From the NCBI GenBank assembly GCA_964454905.1, contig CAYVTR010000007.1, positions 369 through 64,368 on the forward strand: 64,000 bases of DNA, given 5' to 3'. Both the position numbers and the translations under genes were made by a program. Source of the DNA: an uncultured Woeseia sp. (GTDB lineage: Bacteria; Pseudomonadota; Gammaproteobacteria; Steroidobacterales; UBA11654). Within the stretch, counting starts at the first letter, position 1. Each line of letters opens with the position of its first letter. Shown here piece by piece: positions 46,847 through 56,395 of this stretch. Under the pieces are notes generated by a model. That model did no database searches. It was not told the origin of the DNA and saw only the letters and a list, made by a program, of their open reading frames with translations.

Positions 46847-47173
46847 ATGAGTATATTTTTCGAAAATGCTTGGGCACAAGGTAGTGCGACTGGAGGGGAT
46901 TCTTTTTTAGGGTTTCTCCCGCTTATTATTATTTTTGTGGTTTTTTATTTTTTGCTGATCAGACCTCAATCTAAGAAACAGAAGGAACATCAAGGAATGA
47001 TATCTTCATTGGAGGTAGGCAATGAAGTTGTGACTGCCGGGGGTGTTTTGGGGAAGATTAAAGAAATTAATGACCAGTACGTTCAATTACAAATATCGGA
47101 AAATGTAATTATCAAGGTTCAGAAACACACCATTGGGGCTTTAATGCCAAAAGGCACTATCAAGAAAGGCTAG
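46847..47173 (+). CDS. yajC: preprotein translocase subunit YajC
   Basis: LPLIIIFVVFYFLLIRPQSKKQKEH and GDEV-type VTAGGVLGKI. Confidence 0.9.
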   Translation: MSIFFENAWAQGSATGGDSFLGFLPLIIIFVVFYFLLIRPQSKKQKEHQGMISSLEVGNEVVTAGGVLGKIKEINDQYVQLQISENVIIKVQKHTIGALMPKGTIKKG

Positions 47174-47178
47174 TTTTT

Positions 47179-49023
47179 ATGAATCATTATCCATTATGGA
47201 AAAATGCTATTGTCGTGGTTGTTATTCTGCTCGGCACTTTATTTGCTTTGCCTAATTTTTATGGCGAGGACCCAGCTGTAATTGTTTCAAAAGAGAACGG
47301 TGAAGTTTTTTCTAACACAGAGTTAAAGGATGTTGAGAGCTTTCTTCTTAGCAAGGAAGCTTCTGTTACATCGATTAGAAATAAAAACGGCGATCTTCTA
47401 ATTCGCTTTCCAGATGTAAAAAATCAAATTGCTGCCAGTAGCAATATCCGATCTTATCTTGGACGATTCTCCACAGTTGCCTTAACATTTGCTCCCAAGA
47501 TGCCAGAGTGGATTCAGCAACTTGATCTTAATCCAATGAGTCTTGGATTGGATCTCAGAGGCGGTGTGTATTTTAAATTTGAAGTTGATCTTGATGCTGC
47601 GATTCAGCAAAGACTTGATCAATACATAACGGATATTAATAAATCACTAATTGATCAACGCATTAGACGCACTATTAGAAAGGAAGGTAATACGCTAAGG
47701 GTAGAATTATCAAACCCTGAGGATTTGAACCAAGCACGACGATCCATAAGGGAAATTGATAACTTACTGGATATTTCTAACGCATCAACTGCTACCCAAA
47801 CAGTGATTCTGGTGAATATGACAGACGATCAGCTTAAGCAAAGACGAGATTTTGCTATTCAGCAAAATATTTTGACCATGAGAAATCGAGTTAACGAGCT
47901 GGGCGTAGCAGAACCCATAGTTCAACGTCAAGGCCTTGACCGAATCGTTGTCCAATTGCCTGGTGTACAAGACCCAACTCAAGCAGAGCGAATACTTGGA
48001 GCCACAGCAACATTGGAGTTTCGTTTAGTTTGTGAGAATGAAAATGCCTTTGAAGCGGAAGAAAAAGGCCGTGCACCGATAGGATGTGATCTTTTTCAGG
48101 ATCGAACTGGTAACCCTGTACTTTTGAAAAAGAAAGCTATTGTCACAGGAAATCAACTCATTGATGCTTCACAGTCTTTTTCCCAAGGTCGACCTGCAGT
48201 ATCCATCCGTTTAGATGGCAAAGGCTCAAAATCCATGTTGGAGACCACAAAAAGAAATTTAAACAAGCCCATGGCTGTGTTGTTTGTTCAACAACGCCAA
48301 GAAACCATAGAAGAGAACGGGGGTTTTATTAATCGGTCAGTACTGGATAAAGAGGTAATCAATATTGCAACCATCAGAGGAGTATTCAGTAGTCAATTTG
48401 AAATCACGGGGTTAACTACATTCGAGGCCAAAGATCTGGCTATATTACTTAGAGCTGGAGCACTCGCTGCGCCAATATTTAAAGTGGAAGAAAAAACCAT
48501 AGGGCCTAGCTTGGGTCAAGATAATATTGATAAAGGATTCGCTGCGATCGTCACCGGACTCATTCTGATTGTGATTTTTATGGCCTTGTATTACAAAGGC
48601 TTTGGATTAATAGCAAATCTAGGTCTGGTGGTTAATATGACCTTACTAGTTGCCTTGTTATCACTTTTACAAGCCTCATTAACCTTACCGGGTATTGCAG
48701 GTATCGTTTTAACTGTGGGAATGGCTGTTGACGCCAATGTACTTATTTTTGAGAGAATCAGAGAAGAATTACGTAACGGTAATTCACCCCAAGCCAGTAT
48801 TGCTGCAGGATACCAAAAAGCTTTTGCAACAATTACTGATGCCAATATCACCACTTTAATTGCAGCCTTGGTTTTGTTCACATTTGGAACGGGCCCAATT
48901 AAAGGGTTTGCCGTCACTTTATCTTTGGGTATTTTAACCTCACTGTTTACTGCAATTATTGCTTCCAGAGCAGTTGTTAATTGGGTCTATGGACGCAGGA
49001 TCATTGAGAAATTAAGGATCTAG
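47179..49023 (+). CDS. secD: protein translocase subunit SecD
   Basis: MNHYPLWK..., LGLDLRGGV, and the C-terminal TM bundle GIAGIVLTVGMAVDANVLIFERIREE. Confidence 0.9.
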   Translation: MNHYPLWKNAIVVVVILLGTLFALPNFYGEDPAVIVSKENGEVFSNTELKDVESFLLSKEASVTSIRNKNGDLLIRFPDVKNQIAASSNIRSYLGRFSTVALTFAPKMPEWIQQLDLNPMSLGLDLRGGVYFKFEVDLDAAIQQRLDQYITDINKSLIDQRIRRTIRKEGNTLRVELSNPEDLNQARRSIREIDNLLDISNASTATQTVILVNMTDDQLKQRRDFAIQQNILTMRNRVNELGVAEPIVQRQGLDRIVVQLPGVQDPTQAERILGATATLEFRLVCENENAFEAEEKGRAPIGCDLFQDRTGNPVLLKKKAIVTGNQLIDASQSFSQGRPAVSIRLDGKGSKSMLETTKRNLNKPMAVLFVQQRQETIEENGGFINRSVLDKEVINIATIRGVFSSQFEITGLTTFEAKDLAILLRAGALAAPIFKVEEKTIGPSLGQDNIDKGFAAIVTGLILIVIFMALYYKGFGLIANLGLVVNMTLLVALLSLLQASLTLPGIAGIVLTVGMAVDANVLIFERIREELRNGNSPQASIAAGYQKAFATITDANITTLIAALVLFTFGTGPIKGFAVTLSLGILTSLFTAIIASRAVVNWVYGRRIIEKLRI

Positions 49024-49024
49024 C

Positions 49025-49951
49025 ATGTTGATTTTTAAGAAGACAGTCAATTTTCTATCGGTCCGTCGGATAACGACGACTCTCTCAATTGTATTAATGA
49101 TTTTTTCATTGGTTTCCATCATTTCAAAAGGACTGAATCCAGGCATTGATTTTACCGGAGGTTTTCAAGTTGAAGTTAGTTATGAACAATCTCCAGAGAT
49201 CGAAAGCATCCGTAATAATTTATCAGCGGCTGGCTTTAATGATGCGATAGTACAAAATTCTGGCTCAGCCACAGATATTATGATCAGAATTGCACCAAGA
49301 GAAGGACTCAATAGCAGAACCGTTGGTAAGCTAATTATCGATAACCTCAATCAATCTTCAAATTCTGCACAACTCATGAGTTCTGAGTATGTCAGTGCAC
49401 AAGTGGGAGAGGAACTGACAGAGCAGGGTGGCCTTGCTATGATCTTTGCCTTGATCATGATCATGATTTACATTGTGTTTCGTTTTCAGTGGAAATTTTC
49501 TATTGGGGCTGTCATGGCTTTGATCCATGATGTTTTAATCACTATAGGCGTCTTCTCAATTTTCCAAATTACCTTTGATTTGGCGGTTCTGGCAGCAATT
49601 TTGGCTGTGGTTGGTTATTCATTAAATGACACCATTGTTATTTTTGATCGAATTAGAGAAAATTTCCGTTCCATGAGGCGCGCTGAGACACTTGATATTC
49701 TTAATTCATCAATCACTCAAACAATTAGCCGAACAATGATCACCAGTTCCACAACCCTAATGGTTTTATTAGCTCTTTACATTATGGGTGGTCAATCTCT
49801 GCAAGGGTTTTCTTTAGCCTTAATTATTGGTGTATTAATTGGTACCTATTCTTCTATTTTTATTGCCTCAACTTCAATCTTTTATTTAGATATATCAACA
49901 TCTGATTTATTGTCTACTAAGCGAGAGGAAGTTGATGATGGAATGCCGTAG
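49025..49951 (+). CDS. secF: protein translocase subunit SecF
   Basis: GIDFTGG and VGYSLNDTIVIFDRIREN. Confidence 0.9.
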   Translation: MLIFKKTVNFLSVRRITTTLSIVLMIFSLVSIISKGLNPGIDFTGGFQVEVSYEQSPEIESIRNNLSAAGFNDAIVQNSGSATDIMIRIAPREGLNSRTVGKLIIDNLNQSSNSAQLMSSEYVSAQVGEELTEQGGLAMIFALIMIMIYIVFRFQWKFSIGAVMALIHDVLITIGVFSIFQITFDLAVLAAILAVVGYSLNDTIVIFDRIRENFRSMRRAETLDILNSSITQTISRTMITSSTTLMVLLALYIMGGQSLQGFSLALIIGVLIGTYSSIFIASTSIFYLDISTSDLLSTKREEVDDGMP

Positions 49952-49961
49952 GGCTTTTTTC

Positions 49962-50768
49962 TTAGAATAGTTTTTCTAATCTGTCGTCATATTTTGAAAC
50001 AACGTCCTTCATCGCATCAAAAATCTTTGGAGTTCCACATAGTATACTGCCGCTATCAACCGGGTCTTGACCAGGGATAAGATTTTCAACCAATCCACCC
50101 GCCTCTTGTATGAGTAAAACACCGGCAGCAACATCCCATGGTTTCAGCCCAAATTCCCAGAATCCATCATAACGACCGGCAGCAACATAAGCTAAGTCAA
50201 GAGCAGCAGAGCCTGGTCTTCTGATAGCACCTACAATTTTGGTGAAGTCAGTAAAAATATCTAAATACACTTCAAGCCAATCCGATTGATCTCTATAAGG
50301 AAAGCCTGTTCCTAGTAAGCTACCCTGGAGTGTCGTTTGCTTGCTGACTCTAATTCTTCTGCCATCCAGCAGGCTCCCCATGCCTCTAATGGCTGTAAAT
50401 AATTCTTGTCTAGATGGGTCATAGATTACAGCTAGCTCAAGTCGTCCCTTAATTTTTAAAGCAATAGACACACAGTAAACAGGGAACCCGTGGATATAAT
50501 TTGTGGTGCCATCAATGGGATCAATAATCCACAAAAAGTCTGATTCGTCTCCTTGAAGACCATGTTCTTCCCCCAGAATGGTATGATCAGAGTAACGTCC
50601 ACGTATAATCTCTATAATGGCTTTTTCTGCTTCCTCATCTACATAGGTTACAAATTCATTATAAGCTTTGGTTTTAATATCACCGGCGTTGATCCGATTA
50701 AAATTAATCTGAGCAATATCGCCCGCTTTTCTTGCAGCTTCTACGGCAGTGTTTAAAAATGCTTGCAT
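49962..50768 (-). CDS. suhB: inositol monophosphatase family protein SuhB
   Basis: ILGEE, WIIDPIDGTTNY and WDVAAG. I placed the start at the ATG at 50766-50768 (MQAFLNTAVEAARKAG). The track extension to 50921 overlaps trmJ. Confidence 0.85.
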   Translation of the reverse strand: MQAFLNTAVEAARKAGDIAQINFNRINAGDIKTKAYNEFVTYVDEEAEKAIIEIIRGRYSDHTILGEEHGLQGDESDFLWIIDPIDGTTNYIHGFPVYCVSIALKIKGRLELAVIYDPSRQELFTAIRGMGSLLDGRRIRVSKQTTLQGSLLGTGFPYRDQSDWLEVYLDIFTDFTKIVGAIRRPGSAALDLAYVAAGRYDGFWEFGLKPWDVAAGVLLIQEAGGLVENLIPGQDPVDSGSILCGTPKIFDAMKDVVSKYDDRLEKLF

Positions 50769-50859
50769 GTTAAAATCTCTATCATGAATCAATAACTCTT
50801 TGGAATATGTGTAGAATAACAAAACTTTTTGATCAAATGTTTTACTTTGTTTGTAATTA

Positions 50860-51597
50860 TTGAAGATTATTTTGAATAAGAATATACAGTTTGTACTTGT
50901 TGAGCCCTCACATCCTGGCAATATCGGAGCTGTGGCTAGGGCAATTAGTACTATGGGATTTCACCAACTTGCTTTGGTGAAGCCGAAGGAGCATCCACAT
51001 CCTGAATCCAGGGCTCGGTCTTCCTCTGCATTAGAAGTGTTGTTAAATGCCGGTGTTTATAACGAATTGGAAGATGCCGTTGGTGATTCTGGGTATGTGA
51101 TTGGTACCACAGCACGAAATCGAAGAATCAGTGTGCCCGTGTCCTCAATAGGAGACATGGCTCATGATATTTCAAGCAAAGCAGAGCATCAAAAAATCTC
51201 TATTGTCTTTGGCCCTGAAACCTCAGGACTGAGCAATGAAGACATTGATCGATGCAATCATCTGGTCTATATTCCCTCGAGTGAAGAATATCCTTCACTT
51301 AATCTATCCATGGCTGTTCAAGTTGTTGCCTACGAGTTAAAAATGGCTGAGACCATTGACATCAAAGAAACAGTAGAAAGAAACCTTGCTTCAGGACAAG
51401 AGATGGAATTGTTTTATGAGCATTTGAAAGAGGTGCTGTTAGAAACTGGGTTTCTTAACCCAAGAAACCCAAAGCAACTGATGAGAAGATTAAGAGCTTT
51501 ATTTAATAGAGCCGAACTGGATGACAATGAAGTCAATATTATGAGAGGTATATTGGCGTCTTATAAAAAATCAAGAAAAGAAATCAATGAAGAATAA
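50860..51597 (+). CDS. trmJ: tRNA (cytidine/uridine-2'-O)-methyltransferase TrmJ (SpoU family)
   Basis: VLVEPSHPGNIGAVARA, FGPETSGLSNE and LNLSMAV. TTG start as in the track, so the start is uncertain. Confidence 0.8.
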   Translation: MKIILNKNIQFVLVEPSHPGNIGAVARAISTMGFHQLALVKPKEHPHPESRARSSSALEVLLNAGVYNELEDAVGDSGYVIGTTARNRRISVPVSSIGDMAHDISSKAEHQKISIVFGPETSGLSNEDIDRCNHLVYIPSSEEYPSLNLSMAVQVVAYELKMAETIDIKETVERNLASGQEMELFYEHLKEVLLETGFLNPRNPKQLMRRLRALFNRAELDDNEVNIMRGILASYKKSRKEINEE

Positions 51598-52750
51598 GAT
51601 CTATTTTGATTACGCCTCCACCACCCCAATAGCAAAGGAGGTCAAGCAAGATATGGCCACTGCCCTCGATGATGATCTTCTTGGGAATGCGTCATCCCTA
51701 GATCATGAGTTTGGCTTGGGTGCTAGTCAAGCAATTGAATTGGCAAGACAAGATATTGCAAGCCTTATTAATGCACAAACAGCCGAGATTATTTGGACTT
51801 CTGGAGCCACAGAATCAAATAATTTAGCTTTATTAGGAGTCTGTAATTTTAAACCTCATGACCAACCTTTAAGAATTGTTTCTTCATACGCAGAACATAA
51901 GTCAGTGATTGAACCCCTTATGGGTTTGAAAAGAAAAGGTCATCATGTTGAATTTATCGAACCAAATAAACACGGATACTTAGAACCTGCATCCATTGCA
52001 AAAGCTATGGACAGTGGATGCGATCTTTTTAGTTGCATGCATATAAACAATGAAATTGGCAGCATCAATGACATTGAGTTAATTGGCTCTATGTGTCGAG
52101 AAAGAAAGATTATTTTTCATGTTGATGTTGCTCAAAGTATTGGCAAGCTTCCTCTCGATGTTGAAGAAAATAATATTGATTTAATGTCTTTATCAGCTCA
52201 TAAAATATACGGACCCAAAGGAATTGGGGCATTGTTTATTAATCAGAAGACAGTCGGTCGGTTGCAACCGTTAATGTCAGGAGGAGGGCAAGAAAGAGCG
52301 ATTAGACCTGGGACTCTTGCAACTCACCAAATTATTGGCATGGCATCTGCGTATCGACTCGCTAAGGCCACTATGGAGAATGATTTAGTCCACTTAACAG
52401 AATGTCGTGATCTTTTTCTGCGACTCACAAATGTAATTAAGGGGCTAATGATCAATGGGGATATCCATAATACTTTTCCAGGAATTATTAGTATTTCGCT
52501 CCCTGACTTGCATGCAGAAAGCTTATTATTTGCTATGGATAAGGTGGCAATTTCAAAAGGGTCTGCTTGCAGCTCTGAAAGTGATGAACCTTCTCATGTA
52601 TTAAAATCTATGGGTCTTAGTAAGGAGGCAATAGAAGGAACTATTCGTGTCAGTTTTGGCCGACACACCAAATTTAAAGACATTGAGATACTCGCGCAAT
52701 CATTAAAAAAGGCTGTGGATCATTTAAGACTTCTCAAGGGGGGTATCTGA
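51587..52750 (+). CDS. iscS: cysteine desulfurase (IscS/NifS class V aminotransferase)
   Basis: YFDYASTTP, the PLP Lys in SAHKIYGPKGIGALF, and the active Cys in SKGSACSSES. At 387 aa it is shorter than E. coli IscS. Confidence 0.8.
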   Translation: MKNKIYFDYASTTPIAKEVKQDMATALDDDLLGNASSLDHEFGLGASQAIELARQDIASLINAQTAEIIWTSGATESNNLALLGVCNFKPHDQPLRIVSSYAEHKSVIEPLMGLKRKGHHVEFIEPNKHGYLEPASIAKAMDSGCDLFSCMHINNEIGSINDIELIGSMCRERKIIFHVDVAQSIGKLPLDVEENNIDLMSLSAHKIYGPKGIGALFINQKTVGRLQPLMSGGGQERAIRPGTLATHQIIGMASAYRLAKATMENDLVHLTECRDLFLRLTNVIKGLMINGDIHNTFPGIISISLPDLHAESLLFAMDKVAISKGSACSSESDEPSHVLKSMGLSKEAIEGTIRVSFGRHTKFKDIEILAQSLKKAVDHLRLLKGGI

Positions 52751-53122
52751 ATGAACTCATCTGTTGAGATTTTAAAAAAGGCTTTTTTTGACACCGATCA
52801 TGTCTTTAGAACAAAAGATCAAACTGATCAATACACAGTTGGATTTTCTGATAACGCTCAGAACATGTGGGTCAAGTTCTACTTCATCACCAGTCATACG
52901 AAAATTATTGATGTTAAATACGAAGTTAAGGGTTGTCAGTATTTAGTGGCTTTAGCCTCGTTATTCACTCACTCAATCATTAATCAGGATGTTTTGAGTC
53001 TAGCTGATTTCAATTATCAGTCACTGGGGAGTCTGATAGATCTTCCTAAAAATAGACAAGATCGACTTTTTTTGTTGGAAGATGCAGTAAAAGACTGTAT
53101 AAATCACTTTGAAAGAGGCTAA
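52751..53122 (+). CDS. IscU/NifU-N-like fold protein lacking most Fe-S ligand residues
   Basis: It is colinear by eye with E. coli IscU. However, GAPACGD is replaced by SDNAQNM and KIHCSILAEDAIK by RQDRLFLLEDAVK. Only the central GC (KGCQYLVA vs YGCGSAIA) is kept. Confidence 0.6.
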   Translation: MNSSVEILKKAFFDTDHVFRTKDQTDQYTVGFSDNAQNMWVKFYFITSHTKIIDVKYEVKGCQYLVALASLFTHSIINQDVLSLADFNYQSLGSLIDLPKNRQDRLFLLEDAVKDCINHFERG

Positions 53123-53125
53123 ACA

Positions 53126-53449
53126 ATGAATTTATCAGTTACAGACAGTGCAGTAAGACGGTTCAAAGAAAACTTGTCTAGTAAACCTGATGCTATTGGC
53201 TTGCGCATTAGCATCAAATCAACGGGATGCAATGGTTATTCGTATATATTGGACTATGCTGGGGAAATCGCGAGCGATGATAATGTCATTAGTGTTTCAG
53301 ATATATCAATCGTTGTTGACCCTGAAAGCATGACTTTGATCAAGGGAACAGAAATTGATTTTATTGATGAAGGTTTGAACCAGGTCTTCAAATTCAAGAA
53401 TCCTAATGCCACAGGTGAGTGCGGTTGTGGTGAAAGTTTCAGCGTTTAA
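53126..53449 (+). CDS. iscA: iron-sulfur cluster insertion protein (IscA/ErpA A-type carrier)
   Basis: GLRISIKSTGCNGYSY and the C-terminal CGCGESF. Confidence 0.85.
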   Translation: MNLSVTDSAVRRFKENLSSKPDAIGLRISIKSTGCNGYSYILDYAGEIASDDNVISVSDISIVVDPESMTLIKGTEIDFIDEGLNQVFKFKNPNATGECGCGESFSV

Positions 53450-53467
53450 ATCATAAAGGATATTATT

Positions 53468-53866
53468 ATGGAGAGAACACTTTCAATTATTAAACCTGAT
53501 GGTGTTGAAAAACATATTATTGGAGAAATATATAAGCGTTTTGAGCAGGCAAATCTTGCAATAGTTCAAGCAAAAATGATGCATCTAAGTAAAGAAGAAG
53601 CTGAGGGGTTTTATGCCGTTCATAAAGACAGACCTTTCTTTAATGATTTAGTTGACTACATGACTTCTGGACCAGTGATGGTACAAGTTTTAGAAGGAGA
53701 TAATGCCATTAGATTAAATCGAGCATTAATGGGAGCTACCAATCCTGATGATGCCGATGAAGGCACTATCCGTAAGGATTTCGCAACCAGCATTGAACAA
53801 AATATTGTCCATGGTTCAGATGGGCCTGACACTGCTAGAGAAGAAATTAACTTCTTTTTTGGTTAA
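53468..53866 (+). CDS. ndk: nucleoside-diphosphate kinase
   Basis: [12 protein letters not shown] and NIVHGSDG (active His). Confidence 0.9.
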   Translation: MERTLSIIKPDGVEKHIIGEIYKRFEQANLAIVQAKMMHLSKEEAEGFYAVHKDRPFFNDLVDYMTSGPVMVQVLEGDNAIRLNRALMGATNPDDADEGTIRKDFATSIEQNIVHGSDGPDTAREEINFFFG

Positions 53867-53875
53867 TCCAAAAAA

Positions 53876-54961
53876 TTGACCGATCTGCAAAACAATCTTT
53901 TAGGGCTACCACCACAAGAGCTTCAAGAATTTTTTGAGGGTCTTGAGGAGAAAACCTATCGAGCTAAGCAGCTTATGCAATGGGTTTATTCCAAACAAGT
54001 TTATGACTTTAACTCGATGACCAATTTTAATATTGGCTTAAGAGAATATCTTGATAGTCATTGCACTTTAACTTTTGATCTTTCTTCAAGAACTGATGTC
54101 TCGAGAGACGGCACCACTAAATGGCTTATTGGCAAACAAGGTAATCAGATCATAGAGACAGTTTTTATTCCCGAAGATCATAGGGGAACTTTATGTATTT
54201 CGAGTCAAATTGGTTGTTTAATTGATTGCCCTTTTTGTGCAACAGGGCATCAAGGATTTAATCGTAATTTAAAAGCACATGAAATAATTGGCCAGATTTT
54301 AGTTGCCAGGGAAAGTTTGAGTGAAGAAAAGAAGATAACAAATATTGTGTTCATGGGTATGGGAGAGCCTTTAGCTAATTACCCCGAGGTTATTAAAACC
54401 GTCAAAATCTTAAATGATCCCAATGGGTTCAATATTTCAAGACGACGAATTACTATCAGCACCTCAGGTTTAGTGCCCCAATTGAATAAGTTAGGTGATG
54501 AAGTCGGGGTGGCCTTAGCTATTTCTTTGCATGCACCTAATGATAAGCTTCGTGATGAGCTGGTTCCCATTAACCGTAAACACCCTATTGCCGATCTTCT
54601 TGAGGCTTGCTGGTTGTACGCTGAAAAACAGAATTTAAAAACCATTACCTTTGAGTACACCATGTTAAAAGGGGTGAATGATGGAAAAGAGCAAGCCCAG
54701 GAATTAGCTAAGTTATTGAAGAATAAACCCGCAAAGGTCAATTTAATACCCTTCAACACCTTTCCTGGTGTTAAATTTGAGGCCACAGACAGAGAAAACA
54801 TCGATGAATTCAGGAATATCTTATTAGAATCTGGAATAATGACTATAACTAGAAAGACTAGAGGTGAAGATATCCAAGCTGCCTGTGGACAACTTTCTGG
54901 TAGTGTTAGAAATTTAGCCAAGAAAACATTAAGACAAAAACTTAAAAAACAATTACATTAG
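53876..54961 (+). CDS. rlmN: 23S rRNA/tRNA (adenine-C2)-methyltransferase RlmN (radical SAM)
   Basis: YRAKQLMQWVY, the radical-SAM motif CLIDCPFC, MGMGEPL, and C-terminal ACGQL. TTG start. Confidence 0.85.
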   Translation: MTDLQNNLLGLPPQELQEFFEGLEEKTYRAKQLMQWVYSKQVYDFNSMTNFNIGLREYLDSHCTLTFDLSSRTDVSRDGTTKWLIGKQGNQIIETVFIPEDHRGTLCISSQIGCLIDCPFCATGHQGFNRNLKAHEIIGQILVARESLSEEKKITNIVFMGMGEPLANYPEVIKTVKILNDPNGFNISRRRITISTSGLVPQLNKLGDEVGVALAISLHAPNDKLRDELVPINRKHPIADLLEACWLYAEKQNLKTITFEYTMLKGVNDGKEQAQELAKLLKNKPAKVNLIPFNTFPGVKFEATDRENIDEFRNILLESGIMTITRKTRGEDIQAACGQLSGSVRNLAKKTLRQKLKKQLH

Positions 54962-54979
54962 ACAAAAAAGGAGTAATTT

Positions 54980-55099
54980 ATGTCAGATGATACAGAATCA
55001 AATGTTGTTGAACACATGGTTGCATTAAAGATTATTGGAGTTGCTAGTGTAATCCTTTTTCTAGTGACCTTGGTTGGTATGTATATCTCCCATAACTAA
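54980..55099 (+). CDS. small hypothetical single-pass membrane protein (39 aa)
   Basis: My own translation is MSDDTESNVVEHMVALKIIGVASVILFLVTLVGMYISHN*. The ATG is preceded by AAAGGAG. It is below the ORF-track size cut-off. Confidence 0.35.
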   Translation: MSDDTESNVVEHMVALKIIGVASVILFLVTLVGMYISHN

Positions 55100-55103
55100 G
55101 GGC

Positions 55104-56378
55104 TTGAGCAATCAAATAAAATCAATACGGGGAATGCCAGCGCTTCTTCCAGAAGAGCTGGTTAAGTGGCAATTTGTTGAATCAAAGGTGAAGCGTGTGA
55201 TGCAGGCCTATGCTTTCCAAGAAATTAGAACTCCGATTGTTGAACGAACTGAATTATTTCAACGAACCATTGGTCAAGACACTGATGTGGTGTCAAAAGA
55301 AATGTACACATTCAATGATCGTAAGGATCAATCGTTATCTCTTCGGCCTGAGGCAACAGCTGGGGTGGTCAGAGCAGGTATTGAGCACGGTCTCTTTTAC
55401 AATCAAACTCAGAAATTATGGTCTATGGGACCGATGTATCGCTACGAGAGACCACAAAAAGGCAGGTATCGACAATTTCATCAGATTAATATGGAGGCCT
55501 TTGGTTATCAAGGACCTCAGATTGATCTGGAAATTATTTTAATGACCTCAAGAATTTGGAAGGCACTAAAGGTGGATGCTATTGAGCTTGAGATCAATTC
55601 ATTGGGTACTTCAGCTTCAAGGCAAACCTATCGCCAGGTTTTGGTTGAATACTTTTCTGATCATAAATCTGATCTTGATGAGGATTCAACAAAGCGTTTA
55701 GCAGCGAACCCAATGAGAATTCTTGACAGTAAGAATCCTGAAATGGATCATCTTATTTCAAATGCTCCTATAATCACCGACTATATTGATACAGAATCTG
55801 AGGATCATTTTGCAACTCTAACCAATGCTTTGGAACAACATAATATTAGCTTTCAATTGAACCCAAGATTAGTGAGGGGTCTAGATTATTACACAAAGAC
55901 AGTATTTGAATGGACCACTGATCAATTGGGTTCACAGGCTACTGTGTGTGGAGGCGGTCGTTATGATGACTTGGTTAAGCAATTGGGTGGCCAGAATATT
56001 TGTGCTGTTGGTTGTGCAATCGGCTTTGAAAGGCTAACAGAATTGGTTGAAGTCTCATCCAAAAAAGAACAAAATATGCAGCCAAAAATTTATATTGTTG
56101 CGGTTGGAGACGACACAGAATTACACGCTAGTCTCTTGGCAGAGAAAATCCGAGATGCTAGTGAGGAATATGCGGTTGAGATTAATATGGACGGCGGAAG
56201 TTTTAAACAACAATTTAGAAAGGCAGATAAATCTGGTTCTGAATTGGCGATTGTCATAGGAGAAGAAGAGATTCAACAAGGTAACCTTGGATTTAAGCCT
56301 TTAATGATTGATCAAGAACAGACAACCATTAAAGAAGAAAATCTCATGGAAGAAATTAATCAATTCTTTATTGAATAA
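55104..56378 (+). CDS. hisS: histidine--tRNA ligase
   Basis: IKSIRGMPALLP aligns with the E. coli N-terminus (IQAIRGMNDYLP). Other blocks are LRPEATAG, YRYERPQKGRYRQFHQ and GGGRYD. I chose the in-frame TTG at 55104. The track start at 55074 overlaps the small ORF. Confidence 0.85.
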   Translation: MSNQIKSIRGMPALLPEELVKWQFVESKVKRVMQAYAFQEIRTPIVERTELFQRTIGQDTDVVSKEMYTFNDRKDQSLSLRPEATAGVVRAGIEHGLFYNQTQKLWSMGPMYRYERPQKGRYRQFHQINMEAFGYQGPQIDLEIILMTSRIWKALKVDAIELEINSLGTSASRQTYRQVLVEYFSDHKSDLDEDSTKRLAANPMRILDSKNPEMDHLISNAPIITDYIDTESEDHFATLTNALEQHNISFQLNPRLVRGLDYYTKTVFEWTTDQLGSQATVCGGGRYDDLVKQLGGQNICAVGCAIGFERLTELVEVSSKKEQNMQPKIYIVAVGDDTELHASLLAEKIRDASEEYAVEINMDGGSFKQQFRKADKSGSELAIVIGEEEIQQGNLGFKPLMIDQEQTTIKEENLMEEINQFFIE

Positions 56379-56395
56379 ATAAAGGTAATAGAACG

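Noticed and set aside
49962-50921. Long N-terminal extensions in the ORF track (suhB to 50921, plsC-like to 41887, acid phosphatase to 25033, tesB from 30455, hisS from 55074)
   Set aside because: Each extension overlaps a neighbouring well-supported gene. Each also precedes an internal Met, or an in-frame TTG for hisS, that matches the family N-terminus or a signal peptide. The shorter models were used.
54379-54921. 180-aa ORF antisense to rlmN
   Set aside because: It is fully nested in rlmN, which has clear radical-SAM motifs. The antisense product has no recognisable motif or start context.
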